Source: a virus (taxonomy: Duplodnaviria; Caudoviricetes). Taken from it: a stretch of DNA of 54,155 nucleotides. This document shows, one piece after another, positions 9,385 through 18,565 of this stretch. The notes below the pieces were generated by a model. The model was not told where the DNA came from. It worked only from the letters and a program-made list of their open reading frames with translations, and did not search any database. Each line of letters opens with the position of its first letter. Position 1 is the stretch's first letter. The stretch covers positions 1 to 54,155 of IMG/VR virus record IMGVR_UViG_3300009502_001060. One strand, 5' to 3'. Both the position numbers and the translations under genes were made by a program.

Positions 9385-10295
9385 ATTTGTCTTCTGTTCT
9401 GATAATACAATTTCATCCGCTCACTCTGCAATTTCCTATTCTCCGAATTTTGAAAATATGACTTTGTTTTTTCACTTGCAGCATTTCTATTGTCGGGGTT
9501 TTCAAAAAAAGATTTGACTCGCTCGCTATTTTTTTTTCTTGCCTCGGGATCATTCTTATAATATGCCAATAATGAACGTCGCAATCGTTCGCAGGTCTCT
9601 TTACTTCTCTTTTTCCCACGTTGACTAGCAGCTAATTTTTCTTGATGCTCTTTTGTCCTTGGTTTTTTAGGAATCCCGCGCTGGGCCATACTTATTTTTA
9701 GCCTCGTTTCTTCCGGAATTATTCTTCCTCGCATTTTCTCAGACATTACTCTCTTGAAATTTTCTGACTGCTTACATCCAACTCGTTTTATTGCGTTTTC
9801 CAATGTTATTTTTCTCACTTCATCGGGATGTTCTTTCCGCCATTTTATCAATGCTTCCGCCGATTTCTGTCGCCCATCAATTATCTTCTGAGTAATTTTT
9901 TTATTTTTTTGCGATAAAGATGCATTTTTTCGCTGTTCATCTGTCCATTTTCTTCCTCTTAACGAATCACTTCGTTTCCTATTAACGTCGTCACTCGTCA
10001 TCTTCGCACATTTGTCTAAATTATAAAAATAATCCTTTCCATGATGCTCGTCTATCAGTTTTTGTTCTTCCGATAAGCATTCAGATTTTTTCATTTCCTG
10101 ATAAATGGAAAAATCAAAATTATTTTCGCCATACTTATTCCACGCCCTCTGCAAATGAATATTGAAATGCTCATTTCGTGAAAGAAGCCGCTTATGAGTA
10201 TAAAACCTCCAATTTATATCTGTCGAACTTCCAATGTAAAAATGACCATTAACTTTATTGATTATTTTATAAATACCACATACTTTCTGTTTCAT
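9381..10295 (-). CDS. GIY-YIG homing endonuclease with NUMOD3-like repeats
   Basis: CGIYKI...FYIGSS..R...HLQRAWNKYG; repeated basic motifs such as EETRLKISMAQRG. Confidence 0.92.
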   Translation of the reverse strand: MKQKVCGIYKIINKVNGHFYIGSSTDINWRFYTHKRLLSRNEHFNIHLQRAWNKYGENNFDFSIYQEMKKSECLSEEQKLIDEHHGKDYFYNLDKCAKMTSDDVNRKRSDSLRGRKWTDEQRKNASLSQKNKKITQKIIDGRQKSAEALIKWRKEHPDEVRKITLENAIKRVGCKQSENFKRVMSEKMRGRIIPEETRLKISMAQRGIPKKPRTKEHQEKLAASQRGKKRSKETCERLRRSLLAYYKNDPEARKKNSERVKSFFENPDNRNAASEKTKSYFQNSENRKLQSERMKLYYQNRRQI

Positions 10296-10344
10296 ATACT
10301 ATATGTCCTTTCACCTTATAAATATAGGATAGAAACCTCAACCA

Positions 10345-11271
10345 CTAAAACGAAGCCTTCTTTTTATTTTTCAGTGGATCATTTATTGGAGACTTTGCAT
10401 CTGAGGGAATATATCGCTGAATTGATGCTTTTACGAAATTTCTCTCACTGTCAGCCCCACCCTCCTCTGGATATTCGGAATAAATCGCAGCTTCGGCAAT
10501 TTCTTCGAGGTTAAATCCATCCATTACAAGTTCGGCCATTTCTACGAGTGAAGCCGCCGAGATAAATGTAGATATTTTAGCATCTTCCATATTACATTGA
10601 GCAATCAAGTCATCAGAAATAGCAGTCAAAGTTTTCATCAGTTTGATTTCTTCATCAGTCCTTGAAGAGAATAGGATACCGAAAAGATGCTTCAACTCGT
10701 CACCAGACAATGGCGGCATTTCCAATTTAATCGGAAATCTTCTGATTATTGCTTTATCTATGATTTTTGTAGCTGTATAGGCATTTCCTACGTTTGACGT
10801 AGCTATAAAACACACGCCATCTGCCACTTTTATCAATGTACTAACCGAGTCCTCGTCTAGTCTAAGTGTTCGTTGCGTGGGGTCTATCGTGGGCAAAATA
10901 ATGTTTAAATAATCATGTGTTGAACGAGAGAGTTCATCCAGCAATATTATAGTATTCGGCGTTGTAATAGCTTTAACAAACGCAGAAGGATGGAAGACGG
11001 TTCCAATTTCTTTTTTATAGACGGTATTTCCGATTAAAACTGCTCGCGCATCTTGGGAAGACCCACAATTCGTGATAAACAAGTCTCTCTTTAATGCACT
11101 TGCCACACACCTTGCCGCTAAAGTTTTAGCCGTTCCCGATTCTCCTATAAGAAGAATGTTTTTCTGACGCAACACCGCACGCACTAAATATCTCCACTTA
11201 AGGTCTGAGATAATTAATCTTTCGGGTTTCAGAGAAACACAATTTATTAAATTAATTTCTGAATTCCGCAT
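10345..11271 (-). CDS. MoxR/CobS-family AAA+ ATPase
   Basis: Walker A GESGTAKT, Walker B ILLDELSR, FIATSN, DKAIIRRF. The real start is placed at 11271 because the track ORF's first ~30 aa are antisense IS left-end sequence. Confidence 0.88.
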   Translation of the reverse strand: MRNSEINLINCVSLKPERLIISDLKWRYLVRAVLRQKNILLIGESGTAKTLAARCVASALKRDLFITNCGSSQDARAVLIGNTVYKKEIGTVFHPSAFVKAITTPNTIILLDELSRSTHDYLNIILPTIDPTQRTLRLDEDSVSTLIKVADGVCFIATSNVGNAYTATKIIDKAIIRRFPIKLEMPPLSGDELKHLFGILFSSRTDEEIKLMKTLTAISDDLIAQCNMEDAKISTFISAASLVEMAELVMDGFNLEEIAEAAIYSEYPEEGGADSERNFVKASIQRYIPSDAKSPINDPLKNKKKASF

Positions 11272-11278
11272 TAATACT

Positions 11279-11307
11279 ATACTATCATACTCCAACTCAC
11301 ATGTCAA
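11279..11307 (-). promoter_or_regulatory. Sigma70-type promoter, probably giving a leaderless AAA+ ATPase mRNA
   Basis: TTGACA-N17-TAGTAT with TGn extension; the ATG is 7 nt after the -10 box. Confidence 0.7.
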
Positions 11308-11378
11308 CCTTCTTGTGGCAAGGAATCCCTTTCCTTTAGGTAAGGGAGGAATTGACACCATAAAATAAATAAAAATAA

Positions 11379-11407
11379 TTGACGTTTTCATATTCCTACA
11401 TTATAGT
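11379..11407 (+). promoter_or_regulatory. tnpB promoter
   Basis: TTGACG-N17-TATAGT. Confidence 0.7.
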
Positions 11408-11429
11408 TATATGGTGAAAGATTGAATAA

Positions 11430-12566
11430 GTGAAAATAACAATTAAATGTAAATTATTAGAAACTACTTCACAACATCAACAATTACTTGATGTTATGGA
11501 GAATTTTAATAATGCTTGTAACTGGGTTGCCGAAAAAGCATTCCATTCCAAACTATTTAATAAAATGTTATTGCAGAAATCAGTGTATTACGAATTGAAA
11601 CAGAAATACAATCTCTCATCCCAAATGGCAATCCTCGTAGTAAGAAAAGTTTCTTCATCCTATGCCAATAAAGACCAACGAAATACATTGATAAATTATT
11701 ACAAGTATGGTTCCATAGACTATGACACCAGAAATTTTACCATTAAAAAAGACAACATTGTCTCATTAATGGTTCTGAGTGGTAGAATTAAAATTCCATA
11801 TCAATCTCATAAAAAACTTAGTGATTTGAATTTATGTGGCCAGTGTGAATTAATGTATGATAAAGTAAAAAAACAATTTTATGTTAATTTTGTTTATGAT
11901 GAAATTGAGAATAAACCGATAGAAACTGATAAATTCTTGGGGGTTGATATGGGAATCGTCAATATTGCAGTAACATCGGACGGAGAGATTTATTCAGGAG
12001 ATAAAATTGGAACTTATAGAAAAAAGATTACTTTATTAAAATCAAATTTACAGTCAACAGGAACAAAATCAGCAAGAAAACATTTAGTTAAAATCGGTAA
12101 AAAAGAAAATAGATATAAGAAAGATACAAATCATTGTATAAGTAAGAAGATTGTTGTGAAAGCAAAGGCACTTGAAATGGGAATTAAGTTAGAAGATTTA
12201 CATTTTTATTCCAAGAAAACGGTTAAAAAATTTAACAAGAAATTGCGGGATAATAACGCAAGACTCGGTAAATGGTCTTTCGGACAATTGCGGGAATTTA
12301 TTACTTACAAATCAAAAATAGCAGGAATACCAGTATTATTTGTTAATCCATCATATACTTCTCAAATTTGCAGTAAATGCAATCATTGTGAAGAAGATAA
12401 TAGATTAACACAAGAATTATTTACTTGTAAGAAATGTGGGTATTCTACTAATGCAGATTACAATGCCAGTATAAATATTTCTCGGGCTGCAATCAATCAG
12501 CCTATTGTATGTAAATCTTCTGCTAATAGGGAAGTATTACAAACTCCTGCCTTTAGGCAGGGGTAG
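11430..12566 (+). CDS. tnpB: TnpB RNA-guided endonuclease
   Basis: RuvC motifs GVDMG / KLEDL / NADYNAS; zinc ribbon TSQICSKC...FTCKKC. Confidence 0.95.
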   Translation: MKITIKCKLLETTSQHQQLLDVMENFNNACNWVAEKAFHSKLFNKMLLQKSVYYELKQKYNLSSQMAILVVRKVSSSYANKDQRNTLINYYKYGSIDYDTRNFTIKKDNIVSLMVLSGRIKIPYQSHKKLSDLNLCGQCELMYDKVKKQFYVNFVYDEIENKPIETDKFLGVDMGIVNIAVTSDGEIYSGDKIGTYRKKITLLKSNLQSTGTKSARKHLVKIGKKENRYKKDTNHCISKKIVVKAKALEMGIKLEDLHFYSKKTVKKFNKKLRDNNARLGKWSFGQLREFITYKSKIAGIPVLFVNPSYTSQICSKCNHCEEDNRLTQELFTCKKCGYSTNADYNASINISRAAINQPIVCKSSANREVLQTPAFRQG

Positions 12567-12590
12567 TTGATCAAAAAAGGAGCCAAACGG
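12400..12590 (+). ncRNA. Predicted TnpB omega/reRNA (5' boundary approximate; guide = flank from 12572)
   Basis: Established TnpB architecture: the scaffold overlaps the tnpB 3' end and right-end hairpin, and the guide comes from the 3' flank (caaaaaaggagccaaacggc). Confidence 0.5.
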
Positions 12591-12597
12591 CTCCTTT
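12573..12597 (-). terminator. Rho-independent terminator
   Basis: aaaggagcc-aaac-ggctccttt stem with a T6 tail on the minus strand, downstream of 12615..13391. Confidence 0.75.
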
Positions 12598-12614
12598 AGG
12601 GGATGGAAACAAAC

Positions 12615-13391
12615 TTATAGCTTGCTAGTGTCTTGTTTTGAAATTGGAATTGACAGCTTAGTGTCGGGCTTACGTTTTCGGAGTTTAACTGGGTCTTTAA
12701 CCTTATGGGAAAGTTGAGACTTAAATTCAGTCGCATCTCTCATTGACCTATTAGGAAGGTCGTCTTCGTCCTTAACTTGTTTTTCAGTATAATTCTTCTG
12801 TTTATTCTTAGTCTCGGAAGGCTTTTCAGTAGTAAGTGGTAATGTCTTAGGCTTATCTTTTTGTGAAAGCCCCTTGTCTACGGATGGAGTTTGGTCTTTT
12901 CGGTTACGATAGGATTTATCGAATGCCTTTTCTACCGCAGTCGGATACTTGTCATCGTTTTTTAAATTAAGTTTGACAAAATCCTTAACCTGCTCCCATG
13001 ATTGACCCGTAATCCAAATGCGATCCTCATTACGTGTCATCATCTCAATAACATAACAATCTTCCCATCGGGGCGAAATACGAATAAACTTTAAATCTCT
13101 CGAATTAACCATCAAATCGTCATGGTCATCCCACATAACTGTAATTTCCTTGTCAATATCCACAGTCACCCGTTTCAAATCGGTCACTAAGGATTCTTTA
13201 CTCATTACATCCCGAGAATTTGGGTCCGACCCAAATGTCTTGGGCTTCTTGATAGAATCAATGCCATTTGCATTCATTTCAGGAACTCTGGCGCAATTAC
13301 CCTCCTTTTTTCTATCTTCTTCTTTCTTTCTGTCTTCTACCTCTTCAAGCAGAACACGGCGAATTATATTTTGAAATTTGATGGCATTCAT
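12615..13391 (-). CDS. Hypothetical charged protein (possibly virion-associated)
   Basis: Start MNAIKFQNIIRRVLLEE lies 5 nt after TATTTATA. Confidence 0.65.
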   Translation of the reverse strand: MNAIKFQNIIRRVLLEEVEDRKKEEDRKKEGNCARVPEMNANGIDSIKKPKTFGSDPNSRDVMSKESLVTDLKRVTVDIDKEITVMWDDHDDLMVNSRDLKFIRISPRWEDCYVIEMMTRNEDRIWITGQSWEQVKDFVKLNLKNDDKYPTAVEKAFDKSYRNRKDQTPSVDKGLSQKDKPKTLPLTTEKPSETKNKQKNYTEKQVKDEDDLPNRSMRDATEFKSQLSHKVKDPVKLRKRKPDTKLSIPISKQDTSKL

Positions 13392-13429
13392 TACTCTATA
13401 AATATGAAAAATAAGGTAAAAAAGCAATA

Positions 13430-13912
13430 TTACTTCACTGGCTGACTTATTGTTGCTGAAGATTGCTTTCTATCGGCAGCGTCCACGAAACTATGCATCA
13501 ATGCAGCAAATGACAGGATAATACCTATCATGGCCACAATCATAGTAAATGCTACAGATTTCTCACTGGCCTTGCCTGCCAGTTCAGCTTTACTTTCTCT
13601 CAACTCACGAATGTCCTTGTCAACGGCCCTGGTATAGATTTCGTGCTCTGAACGTGGAAAGAAAGTGCTAGCTTGATCCCTAAGTTGCATTCTAAACTCG
13701 TTCATAAGGTCAAGTCGGGCAGATAATGTTCTGGAAGCAAGCTCAACTGCCTTTTCATTGGCCATTATTTTTGTTTCAAATAGGCCTGTTAAGCCAGTGA
13801 ATTTGGTATCCACATAATCTCGCATAGAAATATCTGGAATTAGCATAGCATATTCCTTCCGATTAATTTCATTTCCATCAGAATTAATGTATTTGCCGTT
13901 ACAGTTATTCAT
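13430..13912 (-). CDS. Coiled-coil protein with C-terminal transmembrane helix (paralog 2)
   Basis: RLDLMNEFRMQLRDQ...LRESKAELAGKASEKSV + TM helix + FVDAADRKQSSA. Confidence 0.7.
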   Translation of the reverse strand: MNNCNGKYINSDGNEINRKEYAMLIPDISMRDYVDTKFTGLTGLFETKIMANEKAVELASRTLSARLDLMNEFRMQLRDQASTFFPRSEHEIYTRAVDKDIRELRESKAELAGKASEKSVAFTMIVAMIGIILSFAALMHSFVDAADRKQSSATISQPVK

Positions 13913-13927
13913 ATTTATTTTCCTCGT

Positions 13928-14548
13928 TTATTTTATTGGTTGAACTATTGATGCTGAAGATTGCTTTCTATCCGCAGCATCCACGAAAGTGTGTAGTAAA
14001 GAAGCAAATGATAAAACTATACCTATTATAGCCACAACCATCGTAAACACTACCGACCTCTCACTAGCTTTTCCTTCGAGAGTCGCTTTACTTTCTCGTA
14101 ACATCCTTAAATCTTTTTCGACCGACTGCACATAAAGTTCATGTTCTGGTTTGGTAAAATAATTCTTGGTCTGGTCTTTTAATGATTCTCGAAATTCGTT
14201 CATTGTTTCCAATCGTTTATCCAACGAATGATTGCTGGACACGAAAGATTTTTCTAATGATTCAATTTTTTCTTTTAATAATACCAACAGACCAGCATCA
14301 ACATTTAATCGGTCAATAATATTCTGATTATCAATATTAGATTTTATTACAGTAGAATAATTTCCCTGTTCCTTGTCAATTCTAGACAATATTTTTGCAA
14401 TATCTGCTATTTGACTAGATAAAAACTCAAGTTGTTTTAACACTAGCATTTTATATTCTCCCCATCCATTATTAGAATTCGTTACCTTTTCAGGTAATGA
14501 CAAAAATGAAGGTGGTTGATCAACCTTAATATCTATTTTATTTTCCAC
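13928..14548 (-). CDS. Coiled-coil protein with C-terminal transmembrane helix (paralog 1)
   Basis: RLETMNEFRESLKDQ...LRESKATLEGKASERSV + TM helix + FVDAADRKQSSA. Confidence 0.7.
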   Translation of the reverse strand: MENKIDIKVDQPPSFLSLPEKVTNSNNGWGEYKMLVLKQLEFLSSQIADIAKILSRIDKEQGNYSTVIKSNIDNQNIIDRLNVDAGLLVLLKEKIESLEKSFVSSNHSLDKRLETMNEFRESLKDQTKNYFTKPEHELYVQSVEKDLRMLRESKATLEGKASERSVVFTMVVAIIGIVLSFASLLHTFVDAADRKQSSASIVQPIK

Positions 14549-15395
14549 GATTATCCTCAGTTTGTTCCGAAATAATATTTTCCACCATACAAAAATGTTG
14601 TGGAGACTGTCCGTTTTTTACTGGCATTTTTGCTATTGTCATATGGATCCGCGCAACGCTTCCATTACTATGAATATATCGTTTATCCATCACAAATCCG
14701 TCAACTTTTCCCGAATTCATTTTTGCCATATTATCAAGGTCTTCTTGAATATCATCTGGATGCGTAAAACTCATCCAATTAGTACATGACAATTCTTCTA
14801 ATGTTTTGCCTGTAATTTTACAAAATAATGGATTGGCTTCGCAGATTTGTCCTGTCAATGAATCTATCAATGCAATTCCAATAGGAGCCGACACAAATAA
14901 CCGTTTAAAAACTATTTGTTGACGTTCTATCTCTTTATCTCTAAAATCCAATTCCTCCACTAAACTTTCCATTTCGGGATAATCTTTTGAGGGGGGGATT
15001 GTTACAAAAATGGCAGAGGATGATTCTACAGTATATAAAATATGTGAGACATTTGCCTGTATAAAAAGACTTTGACCTGCAACAGCACTGGTAATAATAC
15101 CATTAGTTTCCTGAAATATTTTTCCGCTAACTACCATAACCCATTCTGGTTCATAGAGAAAATGTCTTTTTATGACTGTAACTGGGTCAAATTCAAGATA
15201 TTGAACTGCTACCTTGTCATTTTTCATTAATCCTCGACCTGTAGATGCTCCAGAGTTACACTGTAATTTAACTTTAGATCCCTTTACAATTAATATTTCG
15301 TGCATTGGACGAACATCTTGCTCAATAGTTAATTCGCGAATACGTTGGAGATTGTCGTTTGAATTGAAATTTATAAATTGTTTACCCATATTCAT
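14538..15395 (-). CDS. Cupin + PAS domain protein
   Basis: Cupin-like HFLYEPEWVMVVSG...AGQSLFIQANVSH; PAS S-box FKRLFVSAPIGIALID...ANPLFCKITG...FTHPDD...DKRYIHSNG. Start 15395 or 15389. Confidence 0.8.
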   Translation of the reverse strand: MNMGKQFINFNSNDNLQRIRELTIEQDVRPMHEILIVKGSKVKLQCNSGASTGRGLMKNDKVAVQYLEFDPVTVIKRHFLYEPEWVMVVSGKIFQETNGIITSAVAGQSLFIQANVSHILYTVESSSAIFVTIPPSKDYPEMESLVEELDFRDKEIERQQIVFKRLFVSAPIGIALIDSLTGQICEANPLFCKITGKTLEELSCTNWMSFTHPDDIQEDLDNMAKMNSGKVDGFVMDKRYIHSNGSVARIHMTIAKMPVKNGQSPQHFCMVENIISEQTEDNRGK

Positions 15396-15468
15396 ATATA
15401 AATATAAATATAAATAGCAATAAGTATGAAAATACTTAACGGCATCTATTGCAAATAGTATTATTATA

Positions 15469-18400
15469 TCAACTGCATTTACTCCACGAACAAGATACAC
15501 AAGTACAACATCCGTCGGAATAAATTAATTGTCCATTACAAGACGGGCATTTCTGACCATTAACGATAGTGCCATCTTTAATATATTTTTTCAGAACTCG
15601 GGCAGCAGCGGATGCCATACTGGTAATATCATCGGTTGCTTTTTGAAGTTGTTGTACTAAAAATTCTATTGGAACTCCATGTCTCATACTCATGGATGCC
15701 ATACGAAATAGAATTTGTTCGGTAGGAGTAAATTGTTTAGAAAAGTCCTCAATACAGATGTCATCAATTTCAAGAGCATACTGTCCCCTCTTAACTTTAG
15801 TAATCTTACCATTCTTCTGAGTAAACTTGAAGCTAAACCCATTGATATGTCCTCCAAAGATTTCATATGGTTGATTATTTTGGATACCGACCACGATAAC
15901 GAATTTCTCGCCTTTAACTGAAACAACATGAATGTCAGCATCAATGGATGGAAGACGTTTGGGATATTCCGTAGTCTTAGTTTGAATATTTTCACGAGAC
16001 AAGTTCAATTCTTTAAGTTCATCGTCAGAAAAGTTCTGATGCCCAATGACTACATTCTCATCCTTAAGTTTAAATGCCAGGGTCTTAAACGGCATATTAG
16101 AAACAATGCCGTACATCTTCTTATCAGGGAAAGCGGCAATACTCTTAACTTCTCGCTTATGAGCCTCTATGATGAAGTTATAAACTTCCTTCCATGTTGA
16201 GCCAATCGGAAGCATATAAGTCACTGAGATTGAGCTATCAATCCATTTCATTGTCTTGGACATCAACTCAAGCTTATCCATAGGAGACACATCAATAGAC
16301 TCCTTGAACTTGAACTTATGCCTATGTTCTTCTATGAATTTAGCAATTGGAACGCCAAGCTTGCCATCCCACGTATCCTTGATGGTATCTGAATTCATTG
16401 GAATAGAAACCCCCGCCTCCGTAAATGCGTCGCGAATGACACGAGGGACACAGAAATAATACTCATATTTACCAGACATACGAGTACGCTTCCAGAAGTA
16501 CATGAAAAAGGCAGGCTCGATTCCATATGACAATACAAAGTCACGAAACATCAAGGACAAAGTATTATGATTTATAACTCCATTTGCAGTAATATAAGTA
16601 TGATTTGGATTTGAGACTTCTATATCATACGTTTGGAAATTTTCCCGGGTTATAGATTTTACTTTAGACGTGACATAATTTTTTAAAGCAAATGGAAAAT
16701 ATAAATCCAATTCAACGTACGTAGATATATCATTCAAGGTATCTCTATTTAAAAAGATAACATTATCAAATTTGTTATTACATATTGCAGTAGTTAATCG
16801 ACAATACAATTTGGATTTAGACGACAATAATCGCGACAAAGTTTTTTGTATTGTTTGTATTAAACTAAACTCGACATAAATTTTTTCACAATCTATTGCA
16901 TAATCGAAATCCAACAACGATTGGGATTTTCTATGACTAATAAATCCAATCAACTCTCTATATTTTAAATTACTGTGCTTAAATCTTATTGTGGTTCTAA
17001 ACATTTCTTCATTCCACCCATCCTCGCCCTTGGTCATTTTGCTAAGATATGATTGTATTCCCAGATACATAAGGAGTTCTTGTACTTGACGAGTAATATG
17101 TTCATATTTAGAATAAAATGTTATATGCCCATTCGATACAGACCCATCCGCTTCAAATAAACCTCTCAAATAAGATGCAATTACGGATTTCGGGGAATGG
17201 AATATGTATTCGGGAATATTATAGGTATGTTCTTTACAAGAAGAAATATCCGAAATGTTTGATTTTTTCTCAAATCCATTATTTATCAAATATGTACCGA
17301 GATTTATAGAATGAGTCGAAATCTCATACATATTTTTATCGGAGGATTTCGTCACTGTACACTTCAACCCGAACAAGTCGTTAGTTAATTTAACAATATG
17401 ATCCACCAAATCAGTATCTTCGCCAAATACGGGAAATCTTATGCCATCAAGTTTTCCATTTTCACTTCTAAATTTTATACTACCGTCACCAGTAAATAAT
17501 CCAATATATTCCGCCAATTGTTCGGTTAATTTTTCGGGAAACTTGCATATAGATGAATTATGATGGCTGCTAGTTGCACAGCAATTCAGTGTAACATAAT
17601 TCGAACAAATTTCACTTACACCCATATAAGATACTATTATATCATCCACCGTAATATCAGGAGCATACTTCCAATCATATTTTCCACCATTTAAAATCCG
17701 AATTCTATGAGTCTCGGACATTTTAATTTGCCGTCCGTCATCTAAAGTTAAGACATATCCGTTTATCACCCCATTATTATAATAAGATACTATATCCGAC
17801 GTTCCATGCTCATGACAAATACTCACATCATCATTATAATCTATAAACTCTTTTTCTTTTGGCTTAATACCAATCAAATCCTTTATTTTTAATAATCCAT
17901 TGCTAGTAACGATTCGTGTATTTTCTTCAACACAACCCGTAGGAGCAATAGAACTGACAGTAACATTGCGAGCATGAGTACCTTTGAGGATAGGAACCTT
18001 GAACTCTTCATGCATCTTTTCCGACTCCTTGATGATACGAGCTACGAATGGAGCTTCACGCCACTTCTCTTTATTGAACAGCCCAAAGTCCCCCTTCTCA
18101 AGTCCCAATTCCTCGGTGCTGATATAGAGCCAATAGTTGTACCACTTGATAAACTCTTCGATAGCTTCATTACCTTCTTTAGAACCATAAGAAAGGCCCT
18201 TCTTGAAAAGCCATGCCGCAATGTTCGTTACACCCGCACCGGTCCGACGCAATTTACGAATAGCCAACTCTTGATGCGGAGTTGCAAATGTATGACTTAC
18301 CAACTCGCATTCATTGACGTTATCGAGGAAACGATTGACGGAATGACCAATCTTCTCTAATTGGCCCATGAAGATTTCCCGCTTGGCCGAGAACTTGCCA

Positions 18401-18564
18401 CAATTGATTGACGCTAAGACACATAGCGACTCTCGGGAGAGGTATTGCTCCGAGTTTTTTACCACAACCCCACCGTTCACCACAAAGTTGTGGTTATCTT
18501 TCACTTCTATATCGTATAGAGGTTTTACTTCATGATTTATTCTAACATTTATAAGTTTTCCCAT
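15469..18564 (-). CDS. nrdJ: Class II ribonucleotide reductase, C-terminal fragment (IntC + one cis intein)
   Basis: SEQYL..ESLCVLASIN, RRTGAGVT, RNVTVSSIAPTG|TLS, YGIEP, IDSSISVT, C-terminal CPSC...GCCTCVSCSWSKC. Confidence 0.92.
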   Translation of the reverse strand: MGKLINVRINHEVKPLYDIEVKDNHNFVVNGGVVVKNSEQYLSRESLCVLASINCGKFSAKREIFMGQLEKIGHSVNRFLDNVNECELVSHTFATPHQELAIRKLRRTGAGVTNIAAWLFKKGLSYGSKEGNEAIEEFIKWYNYWLYISTEELGLEKGDFGLFNKEKWREAPFVARIIKESEKMHEEFKVPILKGTHARNVTVSSIAPTGCVEENTRIVTSNGLLKIKDLIGIKPKEKEFIDYNDDVSICHEHGTSDIVSYYNNGVINGYVLTLDDGRQIKMSETHRIRILNGGKYDWKYAPDITVDDIIVSYMGVSEICSNYVTLNCCATSSHHNSSICKFPEKLTEQLAEYIGLFTGDGSIKFRSENGKLDGIRFPVFGEDTDLVDHIVKLTNDLFGLKCTVTKSSDKNMYEISTHSINLGTYLINNGFEKKSNISDISSCKEHTYNIPEYIFHSPKSVIASYLRGLFEADGSVSNGHITFYSKYEHITRQVQELLMYLGIQSYLSKMTKGEDGWNEEMFRTTIRFKHSNLKYRELIGFISHRKSQSLLDFDYAIDCEKIYVEFSLIQTIQKTLSRLLSSKSKLYCRLTTAICNNKFDNVIFLNRDTLNDISTYVELDLYFPFALKNYVTSKVKSITRENFQTYDIEVSNPNHTYITANGVINHNTLSLMFRDFVLSYGIEPAFFMYFWKRTRMSGKYEYYFCVPRVIRDAFTEAGVSIPMNSDTIKDTWDGKLGVPIAKFIEEHRHKFKFKESIDVSPMDKLELMSKTMKWIDSSISVTYMLPIGSTWKEVYNFIIEAHKREVKSIAAFPDKKMYGIVSNMPFKTLAFKLKDENVVIGHQNFSDDELKELNLSRENIQTKTTEYPKRLPSIDADIHVVSVKGEKFVIVVGIQNNQPYEIFGGHINGFSFKFTQKNGKITKVKRGQYALEIDDICIEDFSKQFTPTEQILFRMASMSMRHGVPIEFLVQQLQKATDDITSMASAAARVLKKYIKDGTIVNGQKCPSCNGQLIYSDGCCTCVSCSWSKCS
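16564..17934 (-). mobile_element. Cis intein (457 aa) with LAGLIDADG endonuclease in nrdJ-C
   Basis: APTG|CVEENTRI ... IGLFTGDGS ... LRGLFEADGS ... YITANGVINHN|TLS. Confidence 0.92.
18454..18564 (-). mobile_element. Split intein C-fragment (37 aa) of nrdJ
   Basis: MGKLINVR...LYDIEVKDNHNFVVNGGVVVKN|SEQ (blocks F and G). Confidence 0.92.
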
Positions 18565-18565
18565 G

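Larger units (their letters stand above)
11308..12571 (+). mobile_element. Non-autonomous IS200/IS605-family (IS1341-like) tnpB element A
   Basis: TCAA target motif at 11304-11307; left-end guide GAAT at +16..+19; hairpin 11327-11346; right-end guide CAAA (12540-12543), hairpin ctcctgcc-ttta-ggcagggg and terminal TGAT. No tnpA. Confidence 0.88.

Noticed and set aside
11272-11391. N-terminal extension MKTSIIFIYFMVSIPPLPKGKGFLATRRLT of the AAA+ ORF
   Set aside because: It is the antisense reading of the IS left end plus the promoter. The same peptide appears at 50207..50410, so it is not part of the ATPase.
11308-12571. Cas12f/Cas14 CRISPR effector or catalytically dead TldR
   Set aside because: No array nearby, IS200/IS605 ends are present and the RuvC residues are intact; ordinary TnpB fits best.
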